Below, in pieces: positions 1 to 11,852 of a stretch of DNA of 64,000 bases. Location: the NCBI GenBank assembly GCA_001687465.1, contig LVLI01000132.1, positions 1-64,000 on the forward strand, read 5' to 3'. A program made the translations under genes and the position numbers. Within the stretch, counting starts at the first letter, position 1; the number at the start of each line of letters is the position of its first letter. Under the pieces are notes generated by a model. The model made no database searches, was not told the DNA's origin, and saw nothing but the letters and a program-made list of their open reading frames with translations. This stretch comes from Halocafeteria seosinensis. Its lineage: Eukaryota.

Positions 1-144
1 CGACCAATGCCACGACGATGGAATGCTACCAGAACACGTCGCATCATCGGTTAGGTACATAAAATATCAACCAATTATTAAAATTTTAATTTAAGAAAAT
101 ATGCTGCCGAAAGCAGTGTATATCAATCAACCCCAGTTTACTCA
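1..144 (-). repeat. Inverted copy of 1171-1314 (RRF upstream region plus first ~15 codons), running off the window start
   Basis: 1-144 is the reverse complement of 1171-1314, with one mismatch near the inner end and an N at 1307. Confidence 0.95.
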
Positions 145-229
145 ACGTAGTGGATCGACAACTTCCTGCGGAGCCTGGCATGGAATTTCCCCAGGTAAAC
201 GGTCAACGGTCTCTCTCGCAGCTCTACGG

Positions 230-568
230 TTGTACAGGAGCGGAAGGTACTGTAGTCTTCCCTTGCCTGCGAGCAAATTAGAAGCCATATACGAATCAGA
301 TATAGAGAATTTAGTAAATATTGCTCTTGAAAACCGAAGTTTCGCCGGAGTCTATGGAAAACCCGTCATGAAAACGTTTTCAACAGTAGACTCTGTCTTC
401 GTGACATTGAGCGAAGCGCTCTTTGCCAACATGATGCAGAAGGGTGAAGAGAAACCCAAGGATAAGACTTCAGAGTGGCGGCTGTGTATGTGGGATAACG
501 CACATGGAGTGCCACGTTTCGCCCATTGGGCAATAGATAGATCACTTTTAAAGAAGGGCAATAGATAG
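230..568 (+). pseudogene. Possible remnant of a Crinkler/RHS-type restriction-endonuclease-fold domain
   Basis: ORF 101..568 contains GVYGKPVMKTFSTVDSVFV, resembling the Y-x-x-P-x-x-x-(N/T)F-x-x-(I/V)DS motif of CR-REase domains. No upstream NTPase; the ORF start lies inside the duplicated RRF upstream region. Confidence 0.35.
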
Positions 569-702
569 ATCACTTCTGAAGGGGAATAGTGCGGTTTCAC
601 ATGTACAGAGAAAAGAAGTGCACATGGAAAGAATCCACATTATGCTACAGGTAGAGCTGGAATGAATAATGAATACGCCTGATCGCTTCAGCTTCTGTCA
701 CA

Positions 703-704
<2 letters not shown>

Positions 705-735
<31 letters not shown>
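705..735 (+). repeat. (TG)n microsatellite preceded by the dispersed-repeat terminus ctgtcacatt
   Basis: Directly visible; a facing (CA)n tract lies at 929-957. Confidence 0.9.
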
Positions 736-739
<4 letters not shown>

Positions 740-928
740 CTACAGTACCACATGTACCTGTACAACTCTGAGTGTGCGTGGACCCGGAATTCGTAACGTC
801 CATGTCACTCATGGAACTTGTAGTCAGAAAGTCTGACAGAGAGCCAACGAGCAGCGTCATTCGTTTCACTTTGTATCTTGTAGACCATACAGTAAGCATT
901 GAGGATGCGCAAATCGCATGAACTACAC

Positions 929-957
<29 letters not shown>
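929..957 (+). repeat. (CA)n microsatellite
   Basis: Directly visible. Confidence 0.9.
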
Positions 958-959
<2 letters not shown>

Positions 960-1267
960 ACTACAGTGTACACTCCGGACTCCAGAGAGCTGAATGAGAA
1001 TCCCGGTCACGGTTCATCCCCACTACTGTACTTTGACGGATGCCAGAAGCTCGTGCAGGTTGCTTTTAGATTTTTAGCGAGATTGTTTGTTGGAACTGGC
1101 TGTGATAATCAGCGTGATTTGCGCCATTATCACACCCTTCGCAGGAAGTTGTCGATCCAATGACAATCAATGAGTGAACTGGGGTTGATTGATATACACT
1201 GCTTTCGGCAGCATATTTTCTTAAATTAAAATTTTAATAATTGGTTGATATTTTATGTACCTAACCG

Positions 1268-2116
1268 ATGATGCGACGTGTTCTGGTAGCATTCCATCGT
1301 CGTGGNATTGGTCGCCGCTACAACCCCACTGCTATGGCGTGGCTGTCCCATGTTGGCGAGCCAAGACCTCATGCACACGGTACGGCTTCCTCTTTCCACT
1401 CGAGTGGGACTTTGTGGAAGAAGAAACCTTCTTCATCTTCCAAAAAATCCTCCGGGGAACCGGATTCCTCGTCCCCGACCAAGAAACAGGAAGACAAGGA
1501 AGAGGATGAGGCTATAAAAATGGATTTCGAGGAGGAGCACGACGAGGAGATGGAGGAAGAGGGAGATCTCGTGGATCTGGACAAGTACGCCCGTCGGATG
1601 CATCGGGCGGTGGAAATCTTTGGATCCAGTGTGCAAAAGATCCGAGGAGCGACGCCGTCGACGAGTATGTTGGATCATGTCCATATCGACGCCTACGGCG
1701 AATCGATGGTGCTTCCGCAAGTGGCACAGACTTCCTTGAAAGGAGCGACACTTATGGTGGTAACCCCGTTTGATCCGTCGTTATGCAAGGCTATCGAGAA
1801 AGCTATCCGGGATGCCAACTTGGGACTGAACCCTTCGTCGGATGAGCAAATTGTCAAAGTCCCCTTGCCTAAAGTGACCAAAGAAACCCGGGAAGCCAGA
1901 GCCAAACAAGTCAACGAGATGGCGGAAGCTACCCGTAGACGAGTGCGTAAGATTAGACAACGCATGATGGATCGTATCAAGAAACAAACAGGACATGGGG
2001 TCTCGGAGGATGATGTGCATAGCCAAACAAAGCAAGGGCAAGCTGAGGTAGACAAGGTCATGGAACAAATACAAAAGATATCCAAGAAGAAACAGGATGA
2101 ATTGTTGAACCATTAA
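1268..2116 (+). CDS. MRRF: Mitochondrial ribosome recycling factor
   Basis: Arg-rich transit-peptide-like N-terminus; IRGATPSTSMLDHVHIDAYG, IEKAIRDANLGLNP, VKVPLPKVTKETR and SEDD are RRF motifs; intronless, 282 aa. Confidence 0.92.
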   Translation: MMRRVLVAFHRRXIGRRYNPTAMAWLSHVGEPRPHAHGTASSFHSSGTLWKKKPSSSSKKSSGEPDSSSPTKKQEDKEEDEAIKMDFEEEHDEEMEEEGDLVDLDKYARRMHRAVEIFGSSVQKIRGATPSTSMLDHVHIDAYGESMVLPQVAQTSLKGATLMVVTPFDPSLCKAIEKAIRDANLGLNPSSDEQIVKVPLPKVTKETREARAKQVNEMAEATRRRVRKIRQRMMDRIKKQTGHGVSEDDVHSQTKQGQAEVDKVMEQIQKISKKKQDELLNH

Positions 2117-2195
2117 TATCCTAGATTTTTGCTGTATACAAGAATTCGATAGTGAATATGACGATAAAGGAATATGCGCCTGCGTAGTCCCCTGT

Positions 2196-3553
2196 TCAGG
2201 ATGGTTCAGAGCCAGAGGCCGCTGATGCCGCTGCTGAGGAGGACTCTTTTTTCGATTTCTTCTTAGAGCTTTTGTGGGAACTAGCATGACCATCATTGGT
2301 GCTACTGGTCACACTGCTGCCTTTCTGCTTTAGCCTTTTCAATGACGCTGGTAACTCTGCCGCCAAGAACCTAGTGTTGCACGTGGGGCAAACGGCATAC
2401 ATCCTTTCGAAAATCGAAAGGCACATAGAGCATACGTAGACGATATCATCGGGCTTTTGACTATCAAAACAAGTCGCACGTAAATCCACACTTCGCTGCG
2501 GGACTAGGGCGAGTAGTTTTCGGGTTTGCTGATCTGGTAGGAAGGCAAGCAGCATATATTGGTACCATGAAGCTGGGTCGGAAATGGATGGGCAGGCATA
2601 TATGCCCTCTGTTAAATAAGAAGCTTGTTGTAAGAAAGTCGACGCATAATCGCCAATCATTAAAGAATCCACAACTACATCCTGTCGTTGCGCAGTAAAT
2701 ATTGCGTTCATCAGTGGTATGTACTGTGCAGCTACATCGGGTCCTCGCTGACAAACAAGCACTCGTCCTCGAAGCGATTTCGACACTTCCCGCTTCCATC
2801 TGTTGAATACACACATAGCTATCGACATGCAACTGGCTAGAGTCCCATGGCCCAATACATTATTTGTCGACTGAACAACCTTCCTCCTTTTTTTTCTAGC
2901 TCTACTTTGCTCCTGCTGCGTGGCCGAGGCCGAACTGGCATGCGTTTCCGGTTCCGACGAAATCACTGCTCCCGTTTTGGAATCCATCGATTCCGGGGAG
3001 ATGTACTCTCGAGGAGACTCTGCAAACCCATTTTAATTGTCATAGGACGCATACTGACGGAAAACTCGTCATAATGCCTACCTTTGGCGTACATGGCATT
3101 CAGTCCCGAATGCATGGCTGCTGCAATTTCCGTGGCCGAGGGATAGTTCGAGCCCCCGGCCGACCTATCGTCCGCCACACGCGTCCCTGGAGCGTCTGGG
3201 TCGTCCTTAATATGAGTATTTCCGTGTATTTGGGCCTTGTCCAAAGTGCCATTGCCGAGGTATCCCGGGGGGCGTGGGACCAATATTTCGCTCTGAATTC
3301 CATTGTATGCCAGCACAGCAACCGGACGAGAGTGAGATAGTGCCAATATAGACCTCGTATACAGGATGATACTCTCTATAAAGGCATGGAAACTTAATAA
3401 AGTGGCCTCATTCTCGGTCGGCGAGGCCTCCCACTCCTCTTTGGTGGCATCTACCACCAGTATCACTGCGTCTGCTGCAGTGGGAGCAAAGGTAGATGAG
3501 CCTGAACTATTGGAGGACATAATTGCGTCCTGTTTACCATGTACCATTACCAT
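2196..3553 (-). CDS. GTF2H3: TFIIH core subunit p34/Tfb4 (2 exons; intron 3020-3081; start may be 3520)
   Basis: vWA-like N-terminus; YIPLMNAIFTAQR, FLQQASYLTEGIY and the C-terminal zinc finger DLRATCF..YVCSMCLSIF..CPTC. A 62-nt GT-AG intron joins the two ORFs in frame. Confidence 0.9.
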
Positions 3554-5161
3554 GCATACAAACCATCTATAAACATAAAAACTCTCTTGCCAAGCTTTGA
3601 GAAAAGTCGCCGGAAAGATTGCTCGGTTTTGGTCTACAAGTTGGCTACAACGTTGTCAATACTATACTGGTACAACCATCTGAGACATTCGCCATTACTG
3701 CTTCATCTGGTGTCATGTCGAGTATGACACTGATTCCCGCGCGACGTCTACGGCCTGATGAAAACCATAGCCAGTCGCCATCCAGGAACATTCCGCATGT
3801 GTCATGAGACACAATAAAACATGAGCTGGCTGTATTGCTCAGTTGAAGCTGTCGGTTGTCAGAGGCAACTTAAAATATACACTACTGGTTTTTACCGCGT
3901 GATTTCTGGTGCAAGGTATTCGCCCACCGGGGGTCCAGAAATGGACCAGAAAGTGAAAAAGTCCATGATTCAATCAATATTCGTGAGTTGGTAGGTGTGC
4001 GGAGGCAGATTAATTGAAGGAAATTCAGTAGTGGTGTAAACACGGGTCGTCAGTGCAGTGTATATGCAAAGAATGATAAGAATAAACTAACAAATGCTTA
4101 CATTCGGATATTGGGTGCTTAGTGTGAGTGGCACGGCCAATTAATTCATCTTGTTCGTTTTATCCGACATACAAAAGTCCATATCATTTTCTTCCCGGAT
4201 AATGTCACCACACTGGATCATTTGGTACATGGTCACGAGGTCGACATCATTGAGTTCCTCCCTAGTTTGTCTGAAGATGGTGCTTCCCTTTAGTCCGGAC
4301 AGACGCACTTTACTCATCGTAAAACACGCCTGTCCGGTGTTACGTTGAATATTACGAAACAAACGAATCAATAACACACGCCTAGACTTTGGTACAGTCG
4401 TTCATCTATAAATGTAACACCGGCCGGAGAAGAATATGTTTTACCGAAGTCGCTCCGGTTGCCTGAATTTTTGAATGCCTCAAGTTTGCGTCTGAGCCAC
4501 TGAAACAAAAGGCACAGAGCCAAAAACTTCAGAGATGAAGGGCGAAAGGACGGACCGGGGCAGCCCCATTTTACGGTAAAAAGTTTTACCCCAGAACAAG
4601 CGCTTCGATTTCGGCGGTGCGGGATTCTGTACCTTTTTGACCGGTCGGTTCTCCCGTTTTCTCATTAACCAGAGACCGGTTACGAGCATGGAAAAGTGAC
4701 TCTTAAACTAGAATTGATTTCCAACAAAATGATGTAGGCGGTGTAATGCTGTTGCTTTTTTCACGAGAGATACTACATCATACTACAGGCCTTGTATTCG
4801 TGCGCCCCGCGGGAAGTTGAAGACTTGAAGTTGCAGAAATAGAATTCAAATGGGGACAACCCCCGATGAAAGGCGCTACAATGCCATAATTGTCCATGGA
4901 TGGATACATGGGGGAAAAGAGAAGAGCGGAAATTATATACATAGTGTTATTGACCAGAGAGAAGTCACAATGAATGAGTATTCGCGAGGGAAATTGACCG
5001 TTAAGTTAGTCTGAGACAGTCTCTGTCTGGAACTTCGACAACATACGAAAGGAGTTTAGTGACTCAGTTCACTACATTGTCTACAACAAGCCAGATGAAT
5101 GTTCATTCTAGAGCTGTGGTACATCTCCGATGTTCTAGCAAAGATACAAAAAATATACATA

Positions 5162-5189
5162 ACACACACACACACACACTCACACACAC
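5162..5189 (+). repeat. (CA)n microsatellite
   Basis: Directly visible. Confidence 0.9.
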
Positions 5190-5254
5190 TCAACTGGTGG
5201 CACATGCAGCGGTACAGTGTAGCTCTGGTAGCTAGCAGGCAGGACTTCTTGGTC

Positions 5255-5605
5255 CAGTCGCGTTCCAGCAATACATCGGAGGATCCTTCCGGTGAACATC
5301 AATTCTATCAGTAGGAAGATGCAGTGGTTGGCACCAGGAACGTCCTCTTCGAGAGGAACGCGCTTGATACGAGGGTCCTCGCAGCGGATGCCATCAGGAT
5401 CGCGCTTGTATTTCGGACGGTCCTCTCAGCGGAAATCAATTCTATCATTACCGGTAGGAATTTGCAGTGGATGGCACCAGGAACGCGCTTGGTAAAAGGG
5501 TTCTTCCAGCGGATGGCATCAGAATCGCGCTTGCCTTGCAGCCAGTCGCGTTCTAGCAGCCAACGAGGGTCCTTCCAGCGGTCCTCCTAGCGAACGGCAT
5601 CAAGA
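5255..5605. repeat. Degenerate tandem duplication (unit ~125-140 bp) upstream of the p47 gene
   Basis: Repeated blocks atcaattctatca (~5298/~5435), gcagtgg(t/a)tggcaccaggaacg (~5321/~5464) and cagcggatg(c/g)catcag(g/a)atcgcgcttg (~5382/~5507). Confidence 0.75.
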
Positions 5606-5888
5606 ATGCGTAATCCCCTCCGTTCAGAGGGACTTCCTCACGTTCCTGCGGGAGGCGATACTGGTTCTAAACAGCTTTACGAAACGTCTGCGAAAAGATT
5701 GTCTGCTTCTTCAATCAAAGTGGTGTGTTTCTTCCGTAGAATAGGTGCATATACCGTCCGTAAGAAGTATAGAGTGGTACATATAGTAAAATTTTATTGT
5801 TTCGGCTATCTATTCATCCAAGTTTCACATTCATTGGAGTACAGGAAACGGGCATAAAAGACGACCAAAAACCACGTACACACTTACC

Positions 5889-6700
5889 ATGGCACGCAAA
5901 GTTGCCACTTTGGGAGACCTTAACAAGGACAATGAGGACAACAATCGCTACGTGGGCGGTCAAGGAGAACACGGAGGCGGGAGTGGTCTGGCCGTGGAAC
6001 CAAGTGCGGACGAAAACAGGGACGCTCGACGTCGTATGAACGATATATTAAAGAAAGAATCACAAGAATCCACCGGAGAAACGTCGAACAGCAAGAAAAT
6101 TACGTTTTGGAAAAATGGCTTCACTGTGGATAATGGACCCCTGCGGACTGGAGACACCGATGCTGACAAAAAGTTCATGTCCGACATTGAGAAAGGGTAC
6201 GTCTCGGCCTAAGTGACTGAGAGGAAATCTTTGAGTATATTCACGTGTTTTGACTTGTCAGGTATGTCCCGAGTGAATTACGAGAGGAAGCAGAAGGTGG
6301 TGTTGTCGAAGTGGATGTGGAAGATAAGCGTGGAGAAGAGTATGTTCCTCCAGCTTATGTTGCCTACGGAGGTACTGGACAAGCAGTGGGAGCCTCCTCG
6401 GCAGCTCCGTCGTCAGCTGTCGTTCAAGGAGGAGCAGCAAGTTCCTCATCCGCCACAGTTGATGATTCACAGCCCACAACGAAAATTCAGTATCGTTTAA
6501 CAAATGGAAAAAAAGCAACAGCAACGTTCAACTTGAATCACACAGTAAGAGATGTACAAGCCTATGCAAGAACAGTGAACCCGGACGTGACTTCGTTTGT
6601 GCTCACTGCTGGATTCCCACCAAAACCTTTGGACAACCCGGATTTGACCATCGAAGAAGCAGGTCTGAAGAACGCTGCTGTCACACAAAAGAAAGCGTAA
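5889..6700 (+). CDS. NSFL1C: p47/Shp1 family p97 cofactor with SEP, SHP box and UBX domains (intron 6197-6261)
   Basis: YVGGQGEHGGGSGLAVEP; SEP motifs ITFWKNGFTVDNGPLR and GYVPSEL; YGGTGQAVG; UBX motifs TTKIQYRL..FNLNHTV..GFPPKPL..TIEEAGL. Confidence 0.9.
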
Positions 6701-6911
6701 CAGGGATTCGGCTTACAATAGTTTAGTGTTTCGTCAATAGACTGCTTGTGTATCGAGTTAACAGAGGGAACTAGCACACAAAGTTATCTGTGGAACGGTT
6801 GCATGTGAGGAATTCCCCAGTGCATTCATTCACAACCGATCTTACTGTTTTATTATCAAATAAAACCACAACTCGCAACTTAGCAACGAAGTTTGCTATC
6901 CCCCGTTCTCT

Positions 6912-7799
6912 CTACAGTATTTTCTCTACCTGTAGCCGCTCCATGCCTATCTTGACGAAATCATCTTCTGTATACCTTCCTGTTTCATGGCTGCCCTCGT
7001 TATCCACTGTTGTATGAGTTAGGCCAAGGTTTGATAGGCCTGCAAACGGCCGAGTAACAAAACCCCAAGCGTAAGCAACCTCGCACTACCTGCAGGAGCG
7101 ACTCTAGGGGCAACTAACCTGTTTCTACTTGCTGCTTAGATATATGTCCCTTTCGCGTGGGATCAAATAAGGAATACATCCCCCGTAGATCTGTTTCTCC
7201 AAAGAACGTTGGATCTCGTTTTTCTGTGGACGTCGCGACGAACAGTTGTCGATGCTCCTAGGTGAACTTTGCAGTCGACACCCTCGACGTACCTGGGCTA
7301 GCTTGCACCCTCTTGATTTCATCAGTCAGAAACTGTAGCACGTCCTCTGGTTGGTGATATACAGCGGATGCACATAGTTCCTGCGAGACAAGGGTATTTG
7401 CTAACTAAACTGCTGAGGACGGGCGCGCTCAGTTTACGCACTTCCAATAACTTCTCTATTTTATGTTCCTCAAGGTAGTCCAATGCCTTCTGTTCAGTTG
7501 ACACGGGCGCATCCTTATCTTCTTCTCCGTCCTTTTGGTCACCGTTTTCCACTGCTTTACGCTTCTCGAGATACTGTACCAAGGCATCCAACGGATCCGA
7601 TGGCTGCCAGAGGATCAGGTGTTTCGTTAGATCCTGCGCAAAGCCCATGCACCTCGAGAAATTTACGACCAACAAGTAAATATAAGCAAGAGCAATGTAA
7701 AAGGCGTACCTCGAATAAATCCTCGATTCCCTGTGTATTCATATAATCCGATGTCTCCTGCGCAATTCGCTGATCCTCTTTCGCGGTAGCAGCCGCCAT
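6912..7799 (-). CDS. EFCAB10-like protein: tandem RIIa/Dpy-30-like docking domains plus EF-hand (multi-exon)
   Basis: Spliced translation gives YMNTQGIEDLFEDLTKHLILWQPSDPLDALVQYL, YLEEHKIEKLLEELCASAVYHQPEDVLQFL and DLRGMYSLFDPTRKGHISKQQVETGLSNLG. Confidence 0.7.
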
Positions 7800-8252
7800 T
7801 GTTTCCTAGTCCGCGTCGCGGCGGCAAGCAGCAACTTCGTCCACCAATCCCTATGCTCTCCTCAAATAATCGATTCTACAATATGCAGCTTTCATCAACA
7901 ACAAACACGCAGTAAATGCAACTTCAACTTGGGCGACTTCGTCGCGTTGTTTGGATTCCTCTGCCGCGGCAGCCGTTAAGCAGCGACTTCAACCGGATCG
8001 AACAATCATTTCGCACATTTAGCATGGGTGCAACAATCTTTTCGTTGAGTGAATATTTTCCTTGACTTCCTCGGACATTTCATGATGATATAATGGTTGA
8101 TAGTGTATCGACACGAGGTCATTTGTTCCCCTCCTTCGCCCTGGTACTTTGGCGTGCGGTAGGACACGAAATTGACCCCGCTATAGCTCTACCTCTTGCT
8201 GGCGGGAATTTGAATTCCTCACTGTGATCCAGGAAGTATTACAAGGCGTATA

Positions 8253-11200
8253 ATGAGTTTAGAAGCCAATCAATCCACTATTCAGCAGGTGGGCTCCCTG
8301 CTGGATAAGACCCTCGTGGCAGAGGCGCAAACGAGACGAGATGGTATGTTGGTTAGGCCTCTGGAAATACCTCTGGGGACAAGAGTGGGTCACTCGGGAA
8401 GCCCAAGTCTTGATGATTCTTCCCTTTTGCATGTGTTTCCGTCCTAAATGAGAGTCTACAAATGATCTCATTGTGTAAAGCATGCATGATTGTGTCATAC
8501 AATGGGCATACGCTATTGAATTGATGTGTAAAATGCAGCCGAAAAACAGCTGAAAAGTCTTGTAGGGAAGGACAATTTCATCCCAATCTTGCTACATATC
8601 GTCAATATTGATGAATCCGGATCCCAATCACTCCCATTGCAAACTAGATTAAGTGCTGCCACGTTCCTCAAAAACACTGTCAAGCAATATTGGGAAAAGG
8701 TATGTCCCAAGTCCATTATGGGGACAGCGAGCGTTAAGCTAATTGCGTTCATGTAACTTCTAGTCGTTTCTTTGGACAAAATACAGGTGGAAAATGAGCC
8801 GAATTATATTCCCGATCAAGATCGCACGATGTTGAAACAACGGATTGTCCATCTCATGTGCTCCTTGCCCCCGTTGCTACAGAATCAGCTTTCAGAAGTT
8901 GTACGCCATATTAGTGACCATGACTTCCCAGAAGCATGGCCCAATTTATTCGAAGAATTAAAGGGGAAAATTGATCGCCAAAATTTAGGTATACCGGTGC
9001 TCAAGACAGTGAACGCAGTGTGCAAACGCTTTCGTGGAGCCTATGATAGTGACGCTATCCGTGTTCCTCTTAAAGCCATATTAGATAGTTTCCAGGAGAT
9101 ACTGCTACAGCTCTTCCAATTCGTGTCTTCTGAAGTTGACTCCGAGAAGGTTAAGAATGACAAAGATGCCCTGAGTCTTCATTTTGAGGCTCTGCGGGTG
9201 ATGGCCAGGATATTCTATAGCCTCAACTGGATAACGATTCCAGAGTACTTCGAGGATCACATGAAGGAATGGATGACGGAATTTCAAAAGTTTTTGCAGT
9301 ATGTTCGCAGTTGCACAGTGGCAAGGCGCATGGTTTTAGTCTCACGTATCCTTAATTTTCTTTTGCAGATACGCCAACCCGTTACTAGAGGATCCCGACG
9401 AACCGAATGAACCAGGTCCAATTGAAAGCTTGCAGGCAGCTATTCTCCAGAATATTCATCTATATAACGAAAAATATGATGAAGAATTTGCACCATATTT
9501 CCGGACTTTCGTAGAGGTCACCTGGACCTTACTAGACAAGCTTAGCTCGCATTCTCTAGTGGACAAACCAAAATACGACGGTACGATACGGGACCAGCTA
9601 TTGTTCGTACTGTCACATGGTTCATGTCGTTTGACATTTCGGAAATGCAGAGCTAGCAACGGTATCGCTGTCCTTCTTGGCATCAGCTGTTTCAAACAGT
9701 ATGCACCGCAACTTGTTCCAAGAACCAGCTACGTTAGAACGCATAGGACAGAACATTGTTATCCCAAATATCACGTTACGAGAATCTGATGAAGAACTGT
9801 TTGAGGATAATCCACAAGAATACCTCCGCAAGGATATTGAAGGCAGTGATATGCACACGCGGCGACGGGCAGCTGCTGACCTGGTAAAGAGCTTGAGGCA
9901 AAACTTTGAAGCAGACGTGACCAATCTCTTCTTGCAAAGTGCGCAAAAAATGTTACAACAGTATTCCGCCAACCCGACGGCAAACTGGAAAGCCAAAGAT
10001 GCTGCTCTTAGCCTCATAGCGGCAGTTGCGGTAAAGGGAGAATCCAAATCTATTGGAGTGACAAGCTGCAGTGAACAAATAGACGTCGTTCGAATTGTTC
10101 GAGAGTTCGTTGTTCCCGATCTTCGCCAAAACCCGAGCGGTAGCTCTTGGAGTACCCCGGAATCGATAGTGAAGGCATCTTGCATTCGGTTTATTACAAC
10201 ATTTAGGAACCAACTCCCTGGTGACGCCATTGGTGAGGTATTACCGTTACTGACAGAATATTTGAAAGTACCCGTCTACGTTTTATATAGCTATGCTGCG
10301 GCTGCAATTGAACGATTTCTCATTCTGAAAGCTCACCAGCCAACCGAAAATTGGAGCTTGAGGGTGCCCCAGGAAGTTGTTTACTCTATTCTGCAGTCCG
10401 CACTGGAAAATGCTCTCACACGGATGATCACAGCGGGATCGGGTTCGTCTCAATCGACTGGCGCTGACCAAGTGATCGAAAATGAATACGTCATGCGGTG
10501 TGTTATGCGCTTGCTCGTTGTTGCCGATCAAGCAATCGCGGCGTACGCCTCTCACGTTCTTAACCAGTTAACGACAGTTTTAGAGAAGATAGCGACAAAT
10601 CCTCGTAACCCGACCTTCAACCATTTCCTTTTTGAGTCTCTAACGCTGCTCATTCGAGGAACATGCAAGGCTTCGCCGGGTGAGGCGGAAAACTTTGAGC
10701 GACTTCTCTTGCCGCCGTTTAATACTATCCTTCATCAGGAAATCCCAGAATTTGTCACATACGTCTTTCAAGTGCTAGCAGCTTTATTGCTGTCGAAACC
10801 TAGTGCGAAAGGAGCATCACCAGAGAATCAGCTGAGTGATGGATATAAATCCCTTTTCCCAGCCTTGGTACGCCCAGAGATGTGGACAGACCGTGCAAAG
10901 TATCCTGCGTTAGTGACATTGCTGATAGCGTACATTAAACACGCACCAGAATATATCACTCAAAATCAGCATCTCGGGAGTGTTTTGGGAATTTTCCAGA
11001 AGTTAATCTCCTCAGTCTCCAGCGAAGAACATGGATTCAGGTTGCTCAATTCCGTATTTATAAACATTCCTGCAGAATCTTTGGGAGGGCAAAATACTGA
11101 GATCTTTAGGATTTTATTACAGAGAATGCAAACCAATACGACAGTCAAGTTTGCTCGACAATTTATTCGTTCAATGTCCGTTGCGGCCGTTGCTCAGGGT

Positions 11201-11719
11201 GGACAAGCAGTTGTTAGCGCCATTAACAATGTACAGGCGGGGNTATTTTACAAAATCCTAGAGCAAGTGGTACATCGCAACGTTAAGAATATCCGAGGCA
11301 AATTTGCACGGAAGACAATTGTTCTTGGTCTATGCAACATCTCTACCGGAGTTGAAGAGTTAAGGGGACTAGAGACCTTTCAGTCTACACTGATAGAATG
11401 TGCATTTCTGTTATTGGAAGGACATGTCGAAGTGAAACAGTCAGAGCACGACAAGTCACACGAAGAGAACCTCCGTGCTGCCGAGCAAGCCGATGAAGAG
11501 GAGCAGTTCAGTGCTCAATACTCGCGATTGCGTTATGCTGTGGATCCCGGGCATGAAGCACATCCGGTCGATCCTGACTACTTCCCACAACACGACGCAG
11601 TGGCGGTTTTCCGGCAGACCGTTCAGTTTGTCACATCAAAGACACCAAAAGCGTTAGAACTTGTGGTCCATTCGGTCGGTGAGGACCAGCGGGGCCAACT
11701 CAATAAATACGTCGGGTAA
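8253..11719 (+). CDS. CSE1L: Exportin-2 (Cse1/CAS), multi-exon
   Basis: IBN_N motif AATFLKNTVKQYW; DFPEAWP; IPEYFEDHM; EELFEDNPQEYLRKDIEGSDMHTRRRAA; ENEYVMRCVMR; NPRNPTFNHFLFES. Confidence 0.95.
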
Positions 11720-11852
11720 GACTTAGTGCGCGAGGAACTGATTATGTGTATTCAAGTAGCAAATAGCTAGCAGGAACAAAGATATCCCTAGAACGTAACG
11801 TTGCATACACGTGCATCCTAATATATGGTTGTATGTGCCGCTTACACTAAAA

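Noticed and set aside
2963..3081. Apparent frameshifts or split ORFs in p34, p47, CSE1, MRPL3, GH31, Cdc25 and others
   Set aside because: Where checked, short GT-AG introns restore the reading frame; no recoding or alternative genetic code is needed.
5255..5605. CRISPR-like array
   Set aside because: Units are degenerate with related rather than unique spacers; eukaryotic context and no cas genes.
8344..8537. Long first CSE1 intron as a C/D box snoRNA host
   Set aside because: A TGATGA is present, but there is no downstream CTGA D box or terminal stem.
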